64,000 nucleotides of DNA from Actinomycetota bacterium (lineage in GTDB: Bacteria; Actinomycetota; Acidimicrobiia; Spongiisociales; UBA5794): assembly GCA_013151445.1 (NCBI GenBank), contig JAADIG010000136.1:6383-70382 (forward strand), in the 5' to 3' direction. This document shows positions 28,847 to 37,542 of this stretch, in pieces. The notes under the pieces are model-generated. The model was not told the DNA's origin. It did not search any database and saw only the letters and a program-made list of their open reading frames with translations. Position 1 is the stretch's first letter. Each line of letters opens with the position of its first letter. Made by a program: the position numbers and the translations under genes.

Positions 28847-30523
28847 GTGCCGAGCGACGCCCGCCATTTGGGCACCATGCTTTTGGAAGAGGGTCTTCTT
28901 AGCCGAGAGCAGCTCGATCAGGCGATTGAGACACAACAGACCTCTGGCGTTCCGTTGGGTCGCGTCCTGGTGGAGGAAGGCTTCGTTCTTGAGGCCGATC
29001 TTGTCCGCACCCTTGCCACCCAGATCGGCATCGGGTATGTCGATCTAAGCGAAGAGCAAATCGATCCGGCCGCGGTTGCCGCCGTGCCGGAATACTTGCA
29101 AGATCGTTACACGGTGCTCCCCATCGGCTACGAAGATGGGCGCCTCGTCTGCGCCATGGCCGACCCTGCGAATGTTCTTGCAATCGACGACCTCAGAGCC
29201 GTGACTGGTTTGGATATCGTGACCAAGGTCGCAACTCGTTCCGACCTTGAAGAAGCGATCCGCAGACAGTCGACGTTTGACGAATCGGTCTCCGACCTCG
29301 CCGACCTCGCCGCGGAAGAAGAGGGTGATGTTGATCTGGGCGGTCTCGAGATCGCCGCGGAAGAGGCACCTGTTGTCAAGCTGTTGAATACGCTGATCTC
29401 GCGGGCCGTCAACGAACGAGCATCAGACATTCATATCGAGCCAGGGGAGAAAGACCTTCGCATCCGGTTCCGTATCGATGGTGTCCTCCACGAGGTCATG
29501 CGGACCCCCCGGTCAATTTCCAACGCCGTCGTGTCACGTATCAAGATCATGTCCGACCTCAATATCGCCGAACGCCGGGTACCCCAGGACGGACGCATTT
29601 CATTGCGTGTATCGGGCAAGGCCATCGACCTTCGTACCGCAACGCTGCCCTCGATCTATGGCGAAAAAGTCGTCATGCGTATCCTCGACAAATCTGCCGG
29701 CGTCGCCCCTCTCGCCGACCTCGGTTTTGAACCCTACAACCTCGAACGCTTCAAGGAGGCGTACGAGAAACCCTATGGTGCGATCCTGGTCACCGGTCCG
29801 ACAGGGTCCGGAAAGACAACCACCCTGTACTCGACGCTTGACATCCTCAATAAGGAGGAGGTCAATATCATCACGGTGGAAGATCCGGTCGAATATCGAT
29901 TGAATGGGATCACCCAGGTCCAGGTCAACCGCAAGGCCGGCTTGCTCTTTGCAACGGCCCTCAAGTCGATTCTACGTGCCGACCCGGACGTCATCCTGAT
30001 CGGCGAGATCCGCGACGGGGAAACTGCCGCGATCGCCATCGAATCGGCACTCACCGGGCACCTCGTGCTGTCTACATTGCACACGAACGATGCCGCCTCG
30101 TCGGTCGGGCGCCTCATCGACATGGGTGTGGAGCCCTTCCTCGTGGCATCTGCCCTCGACTGCGTGTTGGCTCAGCGCCTTGCTCGGGTTCTCTGTGAGA
30201 AGTGTAAAAAGAAGGATTCTGCGATTACGGCAGCGATGCTCAAGGACGTTGGTTGGGATGAGGAGCTCCATGGGGACCCCAATGTGTACACCAAGGTTGG
30301 TTGCAAGGCGTGCTCCATGACGGGGTACAAGGGCCGTGTGAGCCTCACCGAGGTGATGCTGGTCAACGAAGAGATTCAACGCCTGATTGTCGATCGTACT
30401 TCCGCTGAGGTCATTGAGAGGGCAGCGTTTGCCTCAGGAATGCGATCCCTGCGCGACGACGGTTTCGCCAAGATCTCTCGTGGCATGACGACGTTCGAAG
30501 AGATCCTAAGGGTTGTCGCCTAA
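28847..30523 (+). CDS. pilB: Type IV pilus assembly ATPase PilB (GspE family)
   Basis: 558-aa ORF with an N-terminal T2SSE_N/MshEN-like tandem motif, Walker A VTGPTGSGKTTT, DVILIGEIRD, the His box TGHLVLSTLHTN, and the tetracysteine CEKC...CKAC typical of assembly ATPases. Confidence 0.92.
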   Translation: MPSDARHLGTMLLEEGLLSREQLDQAIETQQTSGVPLGRVLVEEGFVLEADLVRTLATQIGIGYVDLSEEQIDPAAVAAVPEYLQDRYTVLPIGYEDGRLVCAMADPANVLAIDDLRAVTGLDIVTKVATRSDLEEAIRRQSTFDESVSDLADLAAEEEGDVDLGGLEIAAEEAPVVKLLNTLISRAVNERASDIHIEPGEKDLRIRFRIDGVLHEVMRTPRSISNAVVSRIKIMSDLNIAERRVPQDGRISLRVSGKAIDLRTATLPSIYGEKVVMRILDKSAGVAPLADLGFEPYNLERFKEAYEKPYGAILVTGPTGSGKTTTLYSTLDILNKEEVNIITVEDPVEYRLNGITQVQVNRKAGLLFATALKSILRADPDVILIGEIRDGETAAIAIESALTGHLVLSTLHTNDAASSVGRLIDMGVEPFLVASALDCVLAQRLARVLCEKCKKKDSAITAAMLKDVGWDEELHGDPNVYTKVGCKACSMTGYKGRVSLTEVMLVNEEIQRLIVDRTSAEVIERAAFASGMRSLRDDGFAKISRGMTTFEEILRVVA

Positions 30524-30567
30524 AACGCCGATATTCACGACATGCGAAGCAGGGAGCACGTCTCGAC

Positions 30568-32187
30568 ATGGACACAGTCGATAGGGAACTAGGAGAAATC
30601 CTGGTTGACCGTAGATTGCTGACGCGCGATAGGCTTGAGGAGCATCTCCTCACGGTTGCTTCGTCAGGGACTCCACTGCCCCAGATCCTTGTTGAGGAGG
30701 GCGACGTCTCCGACCGCGATATCCTCGTTTCGGTAGCGGAGCGCCTCAAGGTACGGTTCGTGGACCTCGATGGCCCGGAACGTGTCTTCCCGGATCCGGC
30801 GGCTCTTCGCAAGCTCTCCGCCGACCTCGCACAAGAACTTCAGGTACTCCCGATCGAGATTGAGGAAAGTGGAGCTCTCGTCATCGCTGTCGACGACCCG
30901 CTCGACGAAAAGAGGGCCGAACTGGTCCGCCAAGCAGTCGGCCGCAATATCACGGTTGCACTCGCTTCACGCTCCCTGATCCAGGCCAGCATCGCCCCGG
31001 CCTACCTGGGTCTGAACATTGGATCGTCGCTCGGCGATGCGGCACAAGAGGGCACTACTCGTCAAGAAGTCCGTGAACCAATCACCGCCGATCTCGGTGG
31101 TGCCGCGGTTATCAAGGATCGCCCCCACGTCAATGATCTGCTGCGAGAACTCGTGGAACGGGGAGGGTCGGACCTTCACCTCACCGCCGGTTCGCCACCT
31201 CAGGTGCGCATCAACGGTTCGCTCTACCCGGTCGATGGGTTCGGCCTCCTGAAGCCTGCCCCATTGCGTTCGATGATCTATGAGATTCTCACTGGCCGCC
31301 AGCGCGAGGAGCTCGAAGAGACACGGGAGCTCGACGCCTCACATCCTGTGCCCGGCATCGGCCGTTTCCGTGTCAACGTATTCTTCCAACGAGACGCAGT
31401 AGCGTCCGTGATGCGTGCCATTCCGAACGAGGTGTACTCCCTTGAGGAATTGGGTATGCCTGAAATTGTTCGTGAGTTCGCGACGTACCAGCGCGGCCTC
31501 GTTTTGGTGACGGGACCGACGGGTTCCGGCAAGAGCACGACACTCGCATCAGTCATTGACCTCATCAACTCGTCGCGTGCCGACCACATCATCACTGTGG
31601 AAGATCCGATCGAGTTCACCCACCGCCACAAGATGTCGGTCGTCAACCAGCGAGAAGTTGGGACCGACACCATGAGCTTTGCGTCGGCTCTCAAACACGC
31701 TCTCCGTCAGGATCCCGATGTCATCCTCGTTGGTGAGCTTCGTGACCTCGAAACAATCGCGACGGCGATTACCGCGGCCGAGACAGGCCACTTGGTGTTC
31801 GCAACGCTCCACACCCAGGACGCTCCGAAATCTATCGAGCGAATCATCGACGTGTTCCCCCCACACCAGCAACAGCAGGTCCGGGTGCAGCTCGCCAGTT
31901 CGCTCCAAGCGGTGGTGAGCCAGCAGTTGTTGCGGACCAAGGATGGTACTGGGCGGGCCGCTGCGATCGAAGTGATGGTCGCGACGGCGGCGATCCGCAA
32001 CCTCATTCGAGAGGGCAAGGTCCATCAGATCGCATCGGCCATGCAGGCTGGTGGACGGTTTGGGATGCAAACCATGGATGCCGCGCTTGCGGAACTTGTC
32101 CGGAGAGGCACCGTAACGGAGACGCTCGCTCGCGAACGGTGCCAGGACCCTGATGTCTTTGACGCAATCATGCAAGGAGCCATGTGA
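30568..32187 (+). CDS. pilT: PilT-type retraction ATPase with extra N-terminal T2SSE_N/MshEN-like domain
   Basis: Residues ~186-539 form a PilT core with VTGPTGSGKSTT, ILVGELRD, TGHLVFATLHTQD and the PilT signature AIRNLIREGK. Residues 1-~145 resemble the GspE N-terminal domain (LGEILVDRRLL...RFVDLD...LPIEIEE..LVIAVDDP). Confidence 0.9.
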   Translation: MDTVDRELGEILVDRRLLTRDRLEEHLLTVASSGTPLPQILVEEGDVSDRDILVSVAERLKVRFVDLDGPERVFPDPAALRKLSADLAQELQVLPIEIEESGALVIAVDDPLDEKRAELVRQAVGRNITVALASRSLIQASIAPAYLGLNIGSSLGDAAQEGTTRQEVREPITADLGGAAVIKDRPHVNDLLRELVERGGSDLHLTAGSPPQVRINGSLYPVDGFGLLKPAPLRSMIYEILTGRQREELEETRELDASHPVPGIGRFRVNVFFQRDAVASVMRAIPNEVYSLEELGMPEIVREFATYQRGLVLVTGPTGSGKSTTLASVIDLINSSRADHIITVEDPIEFTHRHKMSVVNQREVGTDTMSFASALKHALRQDPDVILVGELRDLETIATAITAAETGHLVFATLHTQDAPKSIERIIDVFPPHQQQQVRVQLASSLQAVVSQQLLRTKDGTGRAAAIEVMVATAAIRNLIREGKVHQIASAMQAGGRFGMQTMDAALAELVRRGTVTETLARERCQDPDVFDAIMQGAM

Positions 32188-33410
32188 TGGCAGCAACGTT
32201 CGCTTACAAGGTTCGTGACAAACAAGGTCAGATCAGGACCGGCAAGATTGAGGGCCAATCACAGAGCCTGGTAGTCAAGTCGTTGCGCGAAAAGGGGCTG
32301 ACCCCGCTCTCTGTCGAGGAGCAGAAGAACTCCGCTCTGCAGATGGAGATCAAGATTCCGGGTCTCTCGGACCGGGTCAAGGCGAAGGACGTCGTGTTGT
32401 TCTCCCGTCAGTTTGCGACCATGGTCAATTCCGGATTGTCACTGATCCGAGCTCTCTCAGTCCTTGTCGATCAGACAGAGTCGTCGGCATTGGCGCTTGT
32501 TATCCGCACCGTGCGATCGGATGTCGAAAAGGGGACGTCACTCTCCCAGGCCATGGAGAAACATCCGAAGGTGTTCGGTGAACTCTACGTCGCAATGATC
32601 AAGGCCGGTGAAGTCGGTGGTGTTCTCGACGAGACCCTTGAACGTCTTGCTGACATGTTGGAAGCGAACCTCAACCTCCGGTCGAAGATCAAATCCGCCA
32701 TGGCGTACCCGATCGTCGTTGGTGTTTTGATTCTGTTTGTCACGACCGCGATGATCGTGTTCGTAGTTCCGATCTTTGCAGACATGTATGACGAGATGGG
32801 AGGAGGGGCCGCGCTCCCGGCACCCACCCTCGTGCTTGTCGCTTTGTCGAACATCATGACATCGTATTGGTGGGCCCTGATTCTTGGGACCGTCGGGTCT
32901 GTCTTAGGGTTCCGCAAGTGGAAAAGCACCGAATCTGGTCGGTACTACTGGGACACGATAAAGCTGAAGATTCCGGTGTTTGGAAAGCTTGCCCACAAAA
33001 CCTCGCTTTCGCGTTTCGCGCGAACCTTCGCAGTGCTCAGCCGCACCGGCGTACCGATTCTCCAGGCGATCGACATCGTCTCTGCCACGTCGGGAAATCG
33101 CAAGATGTCGCGGGCACTCGAAGATGTCAAGGCATCGGTACGCGATGGTGAGTCGCTCGCCGAACCACTTTCCCGGCACGACATCTTCCCCCCGATGGTC
33201 GTCCAGATGATGACTGTCGGTGAAGAGACCGGGGCACTCGATGCGATGCTCGGGAAGGTTTCCGACTTTTATAATCGCGAGGTTGACGACATGGTGAGCG
33301 CACTCACAAGCCTCATCGAGCCGCTGCTCATCGTCGTGATGGGCATCACCGTCGGGGGCATTCTGATAGCCCTCTACCTTCCGATCTTCAACCTCGCGGC
33401 GATCGTGTAA
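32187..33410 (+). CDS. pilC: Type IV pilus platform protein PilC (GspF family)
   Basis: ~407-aa polytopic protein with two GspF repeats (FSRQFATMVNSGLSL.RAL; FARTFAVLSRTGVPILQA). AAGGAG lies 7 nt before ATG 32187, which overlaps the pilT stop. GTG 32184 is also possible. Confidence 0.92.
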   Translation: MAATFAYKVRDKQGQIRTGKIEGQSQSLVVKSLREKGLTPLSVEEQKNSALQMEIKIPGLSDRVKAKDVVLFSRQFATMVNSGLSLIRALSVLVDQTESSALALVIRTVRSDVEKGTSLSQAMEKHPKVFGELYVAMIKAGEVGGVLDETLERLADMLEANLNLRSKIKSAMAYPIVVGVLILFVTTAMIVFVVPIFADMYDEMGGGAALPAPTLVLVALSNIMTSYWWALILGTVGSVLGFRKWKSTESGRYYWDTIKLKIPVFGKLAHKTSLSRFARTFAVLSRTGVPILQAIDIVSATSGNRKMSRALEDVKASVRDGESLAEPLSRHDIFPPMVVQMMTVGEETGALDAMLGKVSDFYNREVDDMVSALTSLIEPLLIVVMGITVGGILIALYLPIFNLAAIV

Positions 33411-33607
33411 CAACCTGACAGAGCCGTCCGGTTCGCCGAGGCGGCACCAAGGGTTGACGGATGCTTCGCTGGTTCCGCGACTGGCGCTCCGCCTGGACGT
33501 GGCAGTGAGAAATCGCTCAACTATTTTCCCCCATTCGCCGATGGAAACAGCACGGGTGAGTGATATTCACCGCCCCGTAATCTCATTATCTACATGGAGG
33601 TTTGCAT

Positions 33608-34108
33608 ATGCGTTGGATGCGCGAGCGTCTCGACAAAGAAGAGGGTTTCACCCTCATTGAGCTGATGGTTGTAGTGCTTATCATTGCAATTCTTGTTGCT
33701 ATTGCCATCCCGTCGTTCCTGGGTTTCCGCAGTCGTGCACAGGACCGTGCGGTCCAAGCCGAAGTGCGTAACGTTCTTCTCGCTGAGAAGGGTTACTGGG
33801 TTGACAACACGTCGTTCACGACGGTGCAGGCCGACCTGAAGGCATTCGAGTCGAGCATCGTCCTGGATGTCAGTACAACCTCCGCTGTCGAAGAGGGTGT
33901 TGTAGTCACGATGCCCGTTTCGTCGAACAACAACGTTGTGTGTCTCACGCGGACTAGCGATTCCGGCAACATCTTCGCGATCTTCGAAGACTCGTCAGCG
34001 ACCGGTGGTACGTTCTACAGGGCCGTAGCTTCAGGCAGCACACTTGCCTGCCCAACATCCGCAGGAGCACCCACTGGCTGGGTGACCGGCGGCTTCCCGA
34101 CTCCATAG
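33608..34108 (+). CDS. pilA: Type IV major pilin PilA
   Basis: The leader and cleavage site are MRWMRERLDKEEG|FTLIELMVVVLIIAILVAIAIPSF, a textbook class III signal with E5. Two C-terminal Cys residues form a D-region-like pair. GGAGG (33596-33600) lies 7 nt upstream of the ATG. Confidence 0.88.
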   Translation: MRWMRERLDKEEGFTLIELMVVVLIIAILVAIAIPSFLGFRSRAQDRAVQAEVRNVLLAEKGYWVDNTSFTTVQADLKAFESSIVLDVSTTSAVEEGVVVTMPVSSNNNVVCLTRTSDSGNIFAIFEDSSATGGTFYRAVASGSTLACPTSAGAPTGWVTGGFPTP

Positions 34109-34128
34109 AACATCTCGGATCAAACGCT

Positions 34129-34157
34129 AGAGAGGGACGGCGCGGCCGTCCCTCTCT
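34129..34157 (+). terminator. Perfect 13-bp GC-rich hairpin after pilA (putative intrinsic terminator, no U-tract)
   Basis: AGAGAGGGACGGC-gcg-GCCGTCCCTCTCT begins 21 nt after the pilA stop. All 13 pairs were checked by hand. Confidence 0.55.
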
Positions 34158-34247
34158 CGCGTCCCGGGCATCCGCGCCGGTGCCACGAGATTCCCCCATC
34201 CGCAGGTAGGGTCTCATGAGGCAAAATACCAGGAGGAGGTTGTCGAC

Positions 34248-35027
34248 ATGACTGATCAGGTCACAGTTCTTGGCCTTCTTGGCTTACTCGGACTCTCGAT
34301 TGGCTCGTTCATTAACGTTGTTGCGTATCGGGTCCCACTCAAACGATCGGTGATGCGTCCGCCCTCAGCGTGTCCCAACTGCAACCACAAATTGTCGTGG
34401 CGCGAGAACATTCCGGTTATCTCCTGGTTGGTGTTGCGCGGTACATGCAGTGAGTGCGGTATTCACTTTTCTATTCGATACCTCATCGTTGAGGTCCTGA
34501 CCGGTGTCGTCTTCGCGGGTACGGTCGCGGTCATCGGTGTTGACTGGGTGTTGCCCGCGTATCTCTGGTTCGCCGGCGTCACGATCACATTGACACTCAC
34601 CGACCTTGACCACAAGCTCATCCCGAATCGGATCTTGTATCCCGGAATCGTTGTTGGTGCCATTCTGCTGGTCGGGGGTGCCGTCGCGGCGGGGGACCCT
34701 CAAGGCGCGATCCGCGCACTCCTCGCAGGAGCGTCCTATTTTGGTGCTCTACTTGTGATCGCGCTCGTCGCTCCTGCCGGGGGATTCGGGTTCGGTGACG
34801 TGAAACTCGCGATTCTGTTGGGAATGTTCACCGGCTACCTGGGCTGGGGACAGATGAGCGTGGCGTTCTTCTTTGCATTTCTGTTGGGTGGAGTGCTCTC
34901 GATCTTGCTCCTGATCACCGGGACTAAGGGACGTAAGGACGCGATTCCGTTCGGCCCCTATCTGGTTCTCGGAGCGTATGTAGCCATAGTGGCGGGTGAT
35001 CGTATTCTGGATTGGTACCTCGCCTAG
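34248..35027 (+). CDS. pilD: Prepilin peptidase / N-methyltransferase PilD (peptidase A24)
   Basis: It has CPNC...CSEC cysteine pairs, the catalytic Asp motifs TDLDHKLIPN and GFGFGDVKL, and is polytopic. AGGAGGAGG lies upstream of the ATG. Confidence 0.92.
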   Translation: MTDQVTVLGLLGLLGLSIGSFINVVAYRVPLKRSVMRPPSACPNCNHKLSWRENIPVISWLVLRGTCSECGIHFSIRYLIVEVLTGVVFAGTVAVIGVDWVLPAYLWFAGVTITLTLTDLDHKLIPNRILYPGIVVGAILLVGGAVAAGDPQGAIRALLAGASYFGALLVIALVAPAGGFGFGDVKLAILLGMFTGYLGWGQMSVAFFFAFLLGGVLSILLLITGTKGRKDAIPFGPYLVLGAYVAIVAGDRILDWYLA

Positions 35028-35161
35028 TCCCATCGCGGGCTCGGAAATGGATTCGGTTTGTGGTGGTGATACTCCGATGCCTAAGCTCGTTTCAGATCAG
35101 TAGTTAGTCCTCGGCGCGCCCCCTAGCTACTGGAAGGCGGAGTTTTCTAGGTGGAGAAGAG

Positions 35162-36226
35162 ATGGCGGTCTCAATTGGGCTGGACATAGGCGGTGAAGCC
35201 GTCCGGGTCGCTGTCTTAGACACCTCGAAAGCGAAACGAACCCTCCGCCGATATGTCGAGATGCCTCTCCCCGCGGGAGCCGTGGTCGCTGGGGATATTC
35301 TTGATGAGGGCGCCGTCGCCGAAGTTGTTGCTGCGATCTGGAAACGCCACAAGCTTCCGCGCAGGGGTGTCGTCGTAGGAACCGCCAACCAGCGTCTGGT
35401 GGTTCGCCAGGTAGATCTTCCACAAATGGAAGAATCCGAACTCGCAGAGGCTCTGCCGTTCCAGGTGCAGGACTCGATCCCGATGGGCGTCGACGAAGCT
35501 GTGTTGGATTTCGTGCCACTCGAAGAGTTCGTGACGCCCGGGGGAGAGCCGATGATGTCCATCCTGGTTGTCGCCGTGCATCGCGACGTCGTTGATACGT
35601 TGATGCGGGTCCTGGGTGAGGCGAAGATATCGCCAAAGGCAATCGATCTGCAGAGTTTCGGCCTCGTCCGTGCGGTGTACGGAATGGCGCCTGCCGTTGA
35701 CAATCCACTTCAGCTCATCGTTGATATCGGTGCGACGGTGACTCAGGTCGTCATCGCCAAGGGTGGGTCGGCTCGGTTCGTCCGGCTGCTGCCCCGCGGA
35801 GGCGACGCGTTTACCAAGGCGCTTGAAGATGGCATGAACGTCGACCGGGAGGACGCAGTTGAAACGAAGGCGCGCGTCGGAGTGGAACCCGAGCGGGGAC
35901 TCGAAACCGACGACGCGGATGCACCAGCCAGAGGCATTCTGACCCAGGCTGGTGATCAGCTGATCGAAGAGGTCCGCGGGTCAGTCACATTCTTTCGGTC
36001 CCAGAACAACAACGAAGAAGTGGTGCGGCTGGTGGTCGCCGGCAACGGGGCACGGATGCCTCACCTGGCGAACCGGCTAGCAAGCGATCTCGGCATCCCG
36101 CTGGAGCCAGCCCGGATTCTCGACCTCGTCAACGTCGGTCGTGTCGGCCTCTCGGATGAGGAAATGCAAGCGGCCCAGCCGGTGCTGCCAACAGCAATCG
36201 GGTTGAGCCTCTGGGGAGAGCTCTAG
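35162..36226 (+). CDS. pilM: Type IV pilus assembly protein PilM (actin-like ATPase fold)
   Basis: 354-aa ORF with IGLDIGGEAVRVAVLD and DIGATVTQVV phosphate-binding-like motifs. It directly abuts pilN. Confidence 0.88.
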   Translation: MAVSIGLDIGGEAVRVAVLDTSKAKRTLRRYVEMPLPAGAVVAGDILDEGAVAEVVAAIWKRHKLPRRGVVVGTANQRLVVRQVDLPQMEESELAEALPFQVQDSIPMGVDEAVLDFVPLEEFVTPGGEPMMSILVVAVHRDVVDTLMRVLGEAKISPKAIDLQSFGLVRAVYGMAPAVDNPLQLIVDIGATVTQVVIAKGGSARFVRLLPRGGDAFTKALEDGMNVDREDAVETKARVGVEPERGLETDDADAPARGILTQAGDQLIEEVRGSVTFFRSQNNNEEVVRLVVAGNGARMPHLANRLASDLGIPLEPARILDLVNVGRVGLSDEEMQAAQPVLPTAIGLSLWGEL

Positions 36227-36844
36227 ATGCGTGCCATTAACCTGCTCCCTCCGGAGAGTTTTCAGAAACAGGCGACCCGACGCAAACTCGCAGGTGTCGT
36301 CATCGCGGGAATCGCATACCTGGCAGTGCTCGCTGTAGTCACGACGCTACTTGGCGGCCGGATCGGCGAGATCGAGAGCCGAATCGAAGTACAGCGGGCG
36401 ACCAACGACGGGTACCAGTCCCAGATCTTGGAGCTCGCCTCAATGGAGGACCTGCTTACCGAGTACGCGGCCCAGAGGGCCACGCTCGAAACCATCCTGG
36501 CACGCGACGTATCCTGGGGACGAGTGCTCAACGACCTCTCCCGGGTGATCCCCGATCGGACCTGGCTCACAAGCTTCAGCGGGTCGACCAACCTGGCCCT
36601 TGACACCCCCGGGGTCGGTTCGATCCGGATGACCGGTGTGGCGTTCGACTTCCCGGACGTTTCCGCGTGGCTGCGATCACTCGACGCTGACACGTTTCCG
36701 GCGGGTGAGGGGACGTGGGTGTCAACGATCATTGATTCGCTGGAGGGGGAAATCGAGGTACTGAACTACACGAGCCAAACGACGCTGACGGCCGCGGCAG
36801 ACGCGCAACGGCGTGAGGATCGAATTCCCGAGGTGAGCCCGTGA
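36227..36844 (+). CDS. pilN: Type IV pilus assembly protein PilN
   Basis: The N-terminal MRAINLLPPE is the conserved PilM-binding INLLP motif. It is followed by one TM helix and a coiled coil. Confidence 0.78.
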   Translation: MRAINLLPPESFQKQATRRKLAGVVIAGIAYLAVLAVVTTLLGGRIGEIESRIEVQRATNDGYQSQILELASMEDLLTEYAAQRATLETILARDVSWGRVLNDLSRVIPDRTWLTSFSGSTNLALDTPGVGSIRMTGVAFDFPDVSAWLRSLDADTFPAGEGTWVSTIIDSLEGEIEVLNYTSQTTLTAAADAQRREDRIPEVSP

Positions 36845-37542
36845 AGCGCACCACCCTCGCGTTCGGATTTCTTGGGGTCTTCTTGGTAACGTTGCTGTGG
36901 TGGACGTTCGTCATCGGCCCGCAGAACTCTGACGTCGACCGTGCGAATCAGGAATTGCAGGCCGAAGAGGACAGTACCCTCACACTGCAGACGCGACTTG
37001 CCAGGCTCAAAGAGATCAAGGCAAACGAGGTTTCGTATCAGTTTGCGATCGGAGCGATGCAGAGTTCGATTCCTGAGGAGCCCGAGCAGGCCGCCTTCAT
37101 CTCGGACATCAACTTTCTGGCTGACAGCACGGGTGTCCGTATCTCACAGGTGTCCCTGGCGCCACCGGCCCCGAGCCTATCCGAAACCGAAACGCCGGTG
37201 TTCGAGGTCGCTGTATCAGTCACGGTCACCGGCCAGTACTTTGAGGTGCTCGGATTCCTTTACGGGATCGAGGCGATGGACCGTCTCGTGAGAACCGATT
37301 CCATCACGCTCAGCCCGATTGAGACGGTTGATGAATCCGGCGATGGCGGGGAGGACGCCTCGGGGGACACCACGGTCAAGCAACGGCGTCCGGTGTCCGA
37401 GCTGACCATCGACCTGAACCTGCGGCTCTTTACGAGAACGGGTGTACTGGTAAAGCTCATCGACGAGGCAGTGACAGACGGCACGACGGCCGCTGACGGC
37501 AATACCGTGGACGATGGTGCCAGTCAGGTGGTCGGGGAATGA
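36841..37542 (+). CDS. pilO: Type IV pilus assembly protein PilO-like
   Basis: It has an N-terminal TM helix, a coiled coil (ANQELQAEEDSTLTLQTRLARLKEIK), a PilO-like core and an acidic C-terminal tail. The start GTG overlaps the pilN stop (GTGA). Confidence 0.7.
   Translation: MKRTTLAFGFLGVFLVTLLWWTFVIGPQNSDVDRANQELQAEEDSTLTLQTRLARLKEIKANEVSYQFAIGAMQSSIPEEPEQAAFISDINFLADSTGVRISQVSLAPPAPSLSETETPVFEVAVSVTVTGQYFEVLGFLYGIEAMDRLVRTDSITLSPIETVDESGDGGEDASGDTTVKQRRPVSELTIDLNLRLFTRTGVLVKLIDEAVTDGTTAADGNTVDDGASQVVGE

Noticed and set aside
33411-33607. Possible c-di-GMP riboswitch upstream of pilA, by analogy with Clostridioides pilA1
   Set aside because: I could not find the conserved GEMM-I elements (GGCAAA..., ...GACGCAAAGC) or class II elements, nor a convincing multi-stem architecture. 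Only short GC hairpins and a promoter-proximal palindrome are present. A covariance-model scan would be needed to exclude it formally.
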